A stretch of 64,000 bases of DNA from assembly GCF_009914755.1 (NCBI RefSeq), contig NC_060927.1; one strand, written 5' to 3'. The DNA comes from the human T2T-CHM13v2.0 reference genome, Homo sapiens. Both the position numbers and the translations under genes were made by a program. Within the stretch, counting starts at the first letter, position 1, and the number at the start of each line of letters is the position of its first letter. Shown here one piece after another: positions 56,170 through 64,000 of this stretch. The notes under the pieces are model-generated. The model saw only the letters and a program-made list of their open reading frames with translations. It did no database searches and was not told the origin of the DNA.

Positions 56170-56534
56170 GGCTGGCTTCATCAGCTCAGGCTGCCATAAC
56201 AAAATGGCACGGACTGAGTAGCTTAAACAACACAAACTTATTTTCTCACAGTTCTGGAGGCTGGAAGTCCAAGTTCAAGGTTCCATCAAGGTGAGTTTCT
56301 AGTGGGGCCTCCCTTCCTAGCTTGTAGCTACCTTTTCACTGTTCCCTACAAGGTCTTTCCCCTGAATGCATGCAGAGAGAGAGCTCTCTAGTGTCTCTTC
56401 CCCTTACCCTCGTGACCTCATTTAACCTTAATTGCTTCCTTGAAGGCCCTATCTTCATTCAAATCAGTCACTATGGAGGTTAGGGGTTCAACATGTGAAT
56501 GACAGGAAGTGAGGACACAACTCAGTCCTCAACA
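56170..56534 (-). mobile_element. MaLR LTR (MLT1A-like) inside a MER102-like DNA element (~56130-56820)
   Basis: 'gggctgccataacaaaat...ttattttctcacagttctggaggctggaagtccaag'...'gacacaactcagtcctcaaca'. Confidence 0.85.
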
Positions 56535-57059
56535 ATAGGCAAGGCAGGACTCAAAGGAACTGGAGGGGAGTCCCCCATCCATAGGGGGAGCTGCTGCTCA
56601 GCTCCAGCACATGGTTCCAGGCCTGACATGCAAGCCCACTATTCCTAAACCGCCAGTTTCACAGAAGCTGGAACTCTGGATGATTCCTAAATCAAATTTC
56701 TCATTTTGAAATGAGAGTCAGTAACTAATTAAAACATTATTTTTAACAGTGTGAGCAAAACAAGCCCTGTCCACAGGCAGGATTCAGCCTGGGGACCAAG
56801 AGTTGGTAGTTTTTGAACTCCAGCAGTAGTACTGGGCCCATGGCAAAGTCTTGCTCAATGCTTCGGCAGGAAATTGTCTATCGATGTACGTGCCACTGTT
56901 TCAGAAACTCTGAAATAAAATGAAGTGGAAAAAAAAAATCCTGACTTCTAACTGTTATACAAAGACTGCCTACTCCTCCCATCTCTCCCACCTTATAGGT
57001 CTACTAACAAGTAACTGCTGTCACTGTCCGCCTCTCCATTCCCATCTCCCCTGCCCAGC

Positions 57060-57360
57060 CACACAAACCTGGGCAGACCCTGGGTCTAGTTCTGAGGTCT
57101 GCAATTAATGGGAGAGAGAGAAACTGGGGTCAGTTGAGAAGCAAGCCACAAAGTGATTAGAGATCTGAAAAATAAAGATCAGGAGAGGTTAAATGAACCA
57201 AGGTGATTCCCTTTGGAGGAGAGAAGGTTACAGGGTGAGCTAGCGACGGTTTTCAAGTATATAAAAGGCTCATGCCTAGGACAGTAATAAGCGGTTCTCC
57301 CTACTGAGAACAGAACAAACAGAAAACACACTCCAAATGCAGCATGGGGATGTGGATGTT
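57060..57360 (+). mobile_element. CR1/L3 LINE 3' fragment
   Basis: 'gaggttaaatgaac...gagagaaggttacagggtgagcta...gttttcaagtatataaaagg...gaacagaacaa' follows the CR1 ORF2 C-terminal region. Confidence 0.65.
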
Positions 57361-57801
57361 TCTTCCTCTAACACAGGTATTTGTAAGGACTTTTGAATCT
57401 GAATGGACTTTTAGAGTGGAAAAAGTATTTTTTCTTTGCATTCATTATCTCTCTCCTGATGGAGCAGGTTGTTAACAATGAAAGGAGGAGCCATATGGTA
57501 AAAATACTTTCATCTACATAAGAGGACAGTGATGTGATGTTTCTCAATGAAGAATGTATCATTTCTATATTTGCCTATGAGATCCACTTCATACAGGAAG
57601 CAGCTGAAACACAAATTGCTTTGGTAACATGTTCAAGGTCAGAGGGCTATAAACAGCCACATTTTCCCCGTTGCACACTTTCCAGTTACATACCAAGAAA
57701 ACTGAGTTTTTCCTAGTAAATAAGGAGTGTAGAAGATATCAATACATAAATAGATATACATAAACAAACAAGCAACCTCTTCCTTAAGAAGTGTAGAAGC
57801 A

Positions 57802-58106
57802 GGCTGGGCACAGTGGCTCATGCCTGTAATCCCAGAACTTTGGGATGCCAAGGTGAGCAGATCACCTGAGGTCAGGAGTTCGAGAGTGGACAACATGGCA
57901 AAACCCTGTGTCTACTAAAAATACAAAAATTAGCTGGGCATGGTGGCACGCTCCTGTAATCCCAGCTACTTGGGAGGCTGAGGCAGGAGAATTGCTTGAA
58001 CCCGGGAGGCGGGAGGCAGAGGTTGCAGTGAGCCGACACTGCCACTGCACTCCAGCCTGCGTGATGGAGCGAGACTCAGTCTCAAAAAAAAAAAGAAAAA
58101 AGAAAA
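57802..58106 (+). mobile_element. Alu SINE (AluSx-like)
   Basis: Full dimer, internal duplication cgggaggcgggagg, A-rich tail. Confidence 0.96.
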
Positions 58107-58695
58107 ACTATAGAAGTAGAGTCCTCCAGGGCAGAGGTAAGCTGCCTTCATAGGGAAGCATGGCATTTCCCAGAGGCCTCCATGGTGACTGGCATTTTCT
58201 TAATTTTCTAAGTTGAAGGTAGAGCAAAAGTGAGCTTATCTCTGGAACTCTACCCAGACTGACCTTCAAGAAAGCCCACGGAAATAAAGTCTTAGCTGTT
58301 TCCTTTGTGCTCCCTTTCTTCTCTCAGCCCCAGAACCCTCTTATTCCTGAACACGTCCACCAATATCCTCAGGGCCCCTCACAGAGAAGGCTGACCAGAC
58401 CCAGAAACCAGCTTGTTACCCTACTTCCTCACAGCATCACTCTTCTTTAGGATTTCTAACCAACATGATATAGCCTTATGCCTCTTGTTAAGAATGCCCA
58501 TTGTTACATGGGAATAAATTTTGGAGGGTTTCCACTGAGCAGGTGGGTTTCAGATAAACATGGGCCCTTGCACCTCTCTTCATGCGGGTAAAATCTGCCC
58601 CACCTAGTTAGTCATGGCATTTACTCAATCCTGATCTCTTTTCTCCTCCCCTTTCTACCACTTCCCAAGATGTATTTATTTGCCCTGATATTGCC

Positions 58696-59067
58696 TGTAT
58701 TAGTCTGTTTTCACACTGCTGATAAAGACATACCCAAGACTGGGCAATTTACAAAAGAAAGAGGTTTAATTGGACTTACAGTTCCACATGGCTGGGGAAG
58801 CCTCACAATTATGGTGGAAGGCAAGGAAGAACAAGTCATGTCTTACATGGATGGCAGCAGGCAAAGAGAGCTTATGCAGGGGAACTCCTCTTTTTAAATC
58901 CATCAGATCTCGTGAGACTTATTCAGTATCACGAAAACAGCACAGGAAAGACTTGCCCCCATGATTCAATTACCTCTCACCAGGTCCCTCCCACAAGTTC
59001 CACAGGTTCCCTTCCCACTTGGGAATTCAAGACAAGATTTGAATGGGGGCACAGCCAAACCATATCA
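58696..59067 (-). mobile_element. THE1A/B MaLR solo LTR
   Basis: 'tgtattagtctgttttcacactgctgataaagacatacccaagactggg'...'cagccaaaccatatca'; perfect 5-bp TSD ttgcc (58691-58695, 59068-59072). Confidence 0.95.
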
Positions 59068-59524
59068 TTGCCTAATTGTATTTTTCTTCTTGCTGGATTA
59101 TTAAAGAGCCTCAGTATCATCTTTAAATGTTATTAGCTTAATAAGAATGAGAATGTGAGACTGTCAACATTAAATCAAAGAAGTGTTTTGCTTCGCTTTG
59201 TTTCATGTGATGGGACTATATCTAGAAGGCGTGATAAAAGGAGGGTAGCCCATTTAATTATACATCATAAATTGTTACCAGACATTTGGAATTAGGAAAA
59301 GTACATCAGGAATTACAAGGGCCAGCACATGTGAAAAAGGCTTAATTGAGACCATGAATTTGGAAATAGCTAAAGAGGCAGTTTATCTTACTGCTATTAT
59401 ATCTTCTAGTGTTGTTATGCTCTGGATTGGCTTGAATCACATAAAAATGGTTCTAAAAGGGATATGGAATCCATGTTTTATGAGTAGAGATTAAGTTATT
59501 TATTTGATATTCCATCACATAAAT

Positions 59525-59720
59525 TTGGGAGCTAGACAAATCTGCATTCAAATCCCAGATCTCCCATTTGCTGTGAGAATCTGGCCAAGAAAGTTCATCC
59601 ACCTCTAAAATAAGCATAAGAACACCAACCTCCAAGTTTTTCGTAAAAATTAACTTATGTAAGATACATCATACACATAGCAGTTTGTAGCACATATTAA
59701 GCTTTCAGCAGGTGGTAATG
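59525..59720 (+). mobile_element. MIR SINE fragment
   Basis: 'ttgggagctagacaaatctgcattcaaatcccag...gctgtgagaatctggccaag'. Confidence 0.6.
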
Positions 59721-61684
59721 ATTACCACCACTAAAATAATAGTAATAACATTTTCACCCCTCTTTGCTTTCTCAAACACTTCTCTAGATTCTAATCAGAC
59801 AAACTTACCTTGAAAGCAGATATCAGCAACCTGGAATATTGTGGCAAAGGCAGCCCAGAAATTGTATCAGACATTGTACTTCCAGTGTCTTCCACTAACG
59901 TGCAAAAGTGTGCTCAGTGTATCCTGGGCCACCCTCCTCTTCATATCACCCTCCTACCACCGGGTCTCCTGAGTCCTCCTCTCCTTCCAGCAAACCCATC
60001 CATGCATACCATCCTCTGCCCTGCCCCAGTGTTACTCCTTCTCTCACCCTCCCCTCTTTAATCAAAACTCTCTTTCCTTCAGGATGGTTATATTCTTTGT
60101 GTGCTAGGACAAAAGTACCAGCAGTTTCCTCATCAGCCAACTGAGAGAGTAAATGAAAAGCTCCCAACTGCGCCAAGCCCTCATGTGGCCTCAGTAAATG
60201 TGAGTGCTCATCCCTCTTGTGTAAGATAGGAGATCCGTACAGGTTTACCTCTAAAACCCTGGGATTACACAGAAATTTAGAGCAAAGTATGAAGCCAGGG
60301 TAGTTTGTATGCTGGCAGAAAAGTTTTCTTAACCACTTTCTCCCCAACCCACACACCTCAACTAATCTTTATTTGGTAGACTATGATATATTTAAAGATA
60401 TCTGAAGAAACTGTGTCACCACCCAGCCAACACAAAAAAGCCAAAACACTATCAAAATCCTCACCAGCCCACTTCCGAATAGTGGCTGGCCCCTGCTCCC
60501 CATACAAATATTGCTAGAGTATTTAAAAATAGAGTTAGCACCTGTTAAGGATGTTTGTGGACAGTCCAAGAAAACGTAGATCAGCTTCATCCTGGAAGGA
60601 CCCTTGACCAAAAGCTGTGACCTCAAGCATGACAAGCTTTTTTGAGCAGAACTAAGAGCAAGATAGGCACCCCGTAACTAAGAGCAGCGTGGGTACCCCA
60701 GGGTAAGTATTCTGGTAACATTTGCTGAATTCAGGCTGGAGCAGTGACCTGATCGAGAGGTGGCATTTGCCATTAAGGCAGATTTGGAATTTGATGGGCT
60801 GGTTTGTCAAGCAAAGGACCATCCATGGGACTGATGGCTCCGTAAGAACCTAGTAATGGAATTATGTGCCTGGGATACACAGCTGGCAATTATATTCTCC
60901 ACTTCAGGCAGCAATAAAGATAAAGTGCTTTATAATGTATTCATTCATTTCAATACAGTCAGTAGTGATGTTAGAATGGGGTTCCTATCAAGAAAAGGCA
61001 GAACTGCATTTGAGAAGGAAAAATGTGCTTTCTTAAAGAGATTATTTTAGAAAACACATGAATGTACATCAGAAATTTCATTAAATAAGTCAATTTGGCA
61101 GGTGATCCTAATGGGCTACTGGAAAAGGGGAATTAGAGCAATTGAAACAGCGGAAACAAATGAGCTACAGGTGTGCCTTCTTGTTGTCTCTGTTCTCATT
61201 TGGATTATTACAGGCTATGTCAAATACATTTTGAAAAGTTTGTAGTGTATCATCCCAATAATTATATCTGGAGTGTCTAGAAAGCATTGACTAGTTATAT
61301 GATGGGGAGCTTAAGAGAGGAAATGTGGTTTCTGGGTTGTCCTCTCATAGGCTCAGCAGCTTCTTGATACTTCCCCTTATCCCAAGGCTGTCCTCCCCTC
61401 CTCTACCCAGGAGGAGATGAGTCACACAGGGAAAGAAAAGGACTCCTAATGCAAGAGGAAAAACACTGAGATAACCCCCAGGGAGGGGCGCTGTCCACAA
61501 GAGGCTGTGCTGATGCTCATAAAGAAGTTAGACCTGTGAAGGCACAAAGCTGCACTCCTAGCCTTGACCTCTTGCCAATATCAAAAAATGTTGTCTTTTA
61601 GGATGATGTGAATTTAAAGCTAACTCATAATCTTCCCCCTCAATTCCCAAATTAGCCTCTTTTTTGAATTTGCCTGTTTCACTA

Positions 61685-62180
61685 ATTTAACTAACACATA
61701 TTTATTGATAATTTACTATGTGCCAGGCACTGTATTAGGTGCTGAGGATAAAGCCATTAAAAAGGACAAAGTCTTGTCCATACACCCTTACATGCTAGTC
61801 AGAAAAAAATGACTTAATATATGATATATCGTCAGGAAGGATATAGTCAGGGAAGTCTTTCTAACCAGGGTACATTTTAGCCATCTCTATAGCTTAAGCT
61901 CCCTATCTCTATGAACCTGCAAGAATTTTTAGGAAAAGTAACATTTTGAAATATAGTGTATTAATTGAAAATGCCCATTTTTACAGGCATAAATGAGTGG
62001 AGAGGGCCAGGTAGGGGCTGAAAGTGAAGAAGCAAGGGAGGTGGGTCTCTGGAGGAAGAATGTTCAGAACAGAGGAATTGACAGGTGCAAAGGCCTTGAG
62101 TAGGGGTGATGCTTGCTTTGCTTAAGGAATAGCAAGGAGACCTGTGTGGCTGGAGAAAAGTGAGCAAGGTGGGATGGGAG
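61685..62180 (-). mobile_element. L2 LINE 3' fragment
   Basis: 'catatttattgataatttactatgtgccaggcactgtattaggtgctgaggata', 'ggtgcaaaggccttgag', 'ggagacctgtgtggctggag'. Confidence 0.8.
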
Positions 62181-62756
62181 GCAAGGCATGTCTCCCAGTT
62201 CTTATTCCCCTCCAGGTTGGAAACTGCAGGTAAACTACAGTATCTTTTACTCCTTCCACCTTTCTTTCATCCAGCTACATTTGCTTATCTTTTCTAAACA
62301 ATGATTCTCTAAAATCATCCCTTCCCTACTTCCCCTTCCTCTCTCAACTTAAATCAGCCTCCAGTCACTTTATATCCAGATTATTCATGAGCCTCCTAAC
62401 TGGCTTTCCAGCCTCTTGCATCTTCAACTGCTCCAATTACTTTACTAAGCTTCCAGATTAATCTTCCTAGAGCATTGCTTTTATCACATCTTTTCTTTCC
62501 CTGCATAAAAATGGCTTAGCATTAGCTGTAGGATAAAGCAGAAGCTCTTTAGCCCACCCCCGCCTCAATCTGGACCAAATCTCATCACCCTATGATCCAT
62601 TCCCACCTTTCCAACTCCAGTGGCCTCCCCGCATTGTGCCATACTCTGTGTAATCACTCTCAACCTTGAAGCCCAGACTAAGACACATGTTAGCCTACAC
62701 TGTGTGACCCAGCCAGAAACAGACTATCCCCTTTCTTTAACAGTTGGAGCACTAAG

Positions 62757-62757
<1 letters not shown>

Positions 62758-62803
<46 letters not shown>
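62758..62803. repeat. (CA)23 microsatellite
   Basis: Uninterrupted CA run. Confidence 0.97.
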
Positions 62804-62808
<5 letters not shown>

Positions 62809-64000
62809 TACTGTTTAATATACAGCAGATATATTGCTTCCTTCTTTAGTCCTGGCTCACCAATTGGACCAAATTCATTGCAACCGGGAGCCATGTCTTA
62901 AACATCCTGTACATCATTTGAGTCCATATATGTATATGCCATAATCTATATAATATGTGGATGATAAATATTAACAAACAAAGACTTCTGGGTTGTCAGG
63001 CATTGAACTGGGTAAGAAAAAATGAAATAAAATGACCATATTGTGTCCTTAAAGCCCTTTCTTTTTTGCAGGGAAAAGGCACTGTTTAGTGCAAGATCAT
63101 TTTCCTCTTAATGGGAGCAATAGTAAGGTCAGAAACATGGTCATAAAAATCTTATTTAGCTCATCCCCTATGCTCAGTAGCTAGTTAGCCAGCTATCTAA
63201 CATATTTATTTCAATCACTGAGCATATGTAACTATAAACTCTCTAGGGAATATTATCAACATGGTAGAACCAAATGTGGAAATGTGGGCACCTACATGGG
63301 CCTCTAATACGTAAGGCTAAAAGATCTGAAAAGCCTTATAAAAGTGAGAACAAGATATATTTCTTCAATCCTCCAAACCACTGTTAAAAGCTAGGCAATA
63401 GCAATATTTTGTCCACACACAGAAGGTTCACATGGGTACAATAAAAACAGAGCAAGGTTCATAAATCCTGCTTTGTTATGGAGAAAATATAAAAATTGCA
63501 TTCTTAAATAGAAAGGTTTTCAACAAGAGGCTAATGTAAAATTTCTTTTCAGCTTTGGATGCCTGATGGCCTTGCACAGATTTGCCCAACAGAGTTGAAC
63601 TGTCTGGACAGTGTTTTATGTGGGTGCTTTCAAGTTAGCACCTGCCAGCTTCTTTAAAGTCCTGTCTTTCACAATAATAACCACAATACAGTTAAAAATA
63701 ATGGATGCAGGAATTCTGTATTCCATTCATATTCACTTGCTTTCAGCAGGATGAAGCACTTGAAGGGAAGGCGGTGCATCTCTCCTCTCGCTTTCCACCC
63801 ACCTTTATCCTGGAAATTCAGACTGCCCTGTTGCTATTCACATGAAGCCTCAGTACAAGCCTTGCTCATAGCAAAAGAAGGCACAGGCCTTACTTGACAT
63901 TATACGCAGAAACCCTGATATCCTACAGGACCTCCTAATGGCTGAAGCCTAGAATACCATTATGAGTGCAATCTCTGCAGCTTCCTTCCTTCTCTGTGAA

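Noticed and set aside
59711-59729. 19-bp palindrome ggtggtaat-g-attaccacc
   Set aside because: Short, at a MIR edge, and plausible by chance in 64 kb
59946-60356. 136-aa minus-strand ORF
   Set aside because: No homology or domain signal recognised and no supporting exon structure
61478-61493. CTCF-like ccagggaggggcgctg (and cccctagagggtcac near 8310)
   Set aside because: Mismatches at high-information core positions

Overview
This window is eukaryotic, catarrhine-primate (human-like) non-coding genomic DNA: it carries AluJ/S/Y, THE1, MLT/MER LTRs, L1M, L2, MIR, CR1/L3 and fossil DNA transposons. I find no credible protein-coding exon, rRNA, tRNA or CRISPR array; the supplied ORFs are mostly Alu/L1/LTR read-throughs or chance ORFs. 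The main non-repeat landmark is a small CpG-rich promoter-like island at ~45.6-46.0 kb (NRF1-like, E2F, GC-box, CCAAT and CATAAAA motifs) with CTCF-like motifs at ~42.5 and ~46.2 kb. Left of the island, Alus and the large L1 block are strongly plus-oriented and several good minus-strand splice sites occur, which suggests (inference) a minus-strand transcript starting at the island. Other notable items are a roughly five-level nested retroelement stack at 12.7-24.1 kb, a Tc2/pogo-type transposase fossil, a probable micro-inversion at 25.5-26.1 kb and several template-switch-like micro-rearrangements. I see no evidence for an undescribed biological system. Repeat subfamily names come from recalled consensus sequences, and boundaries are approximate unless a TSD is given.
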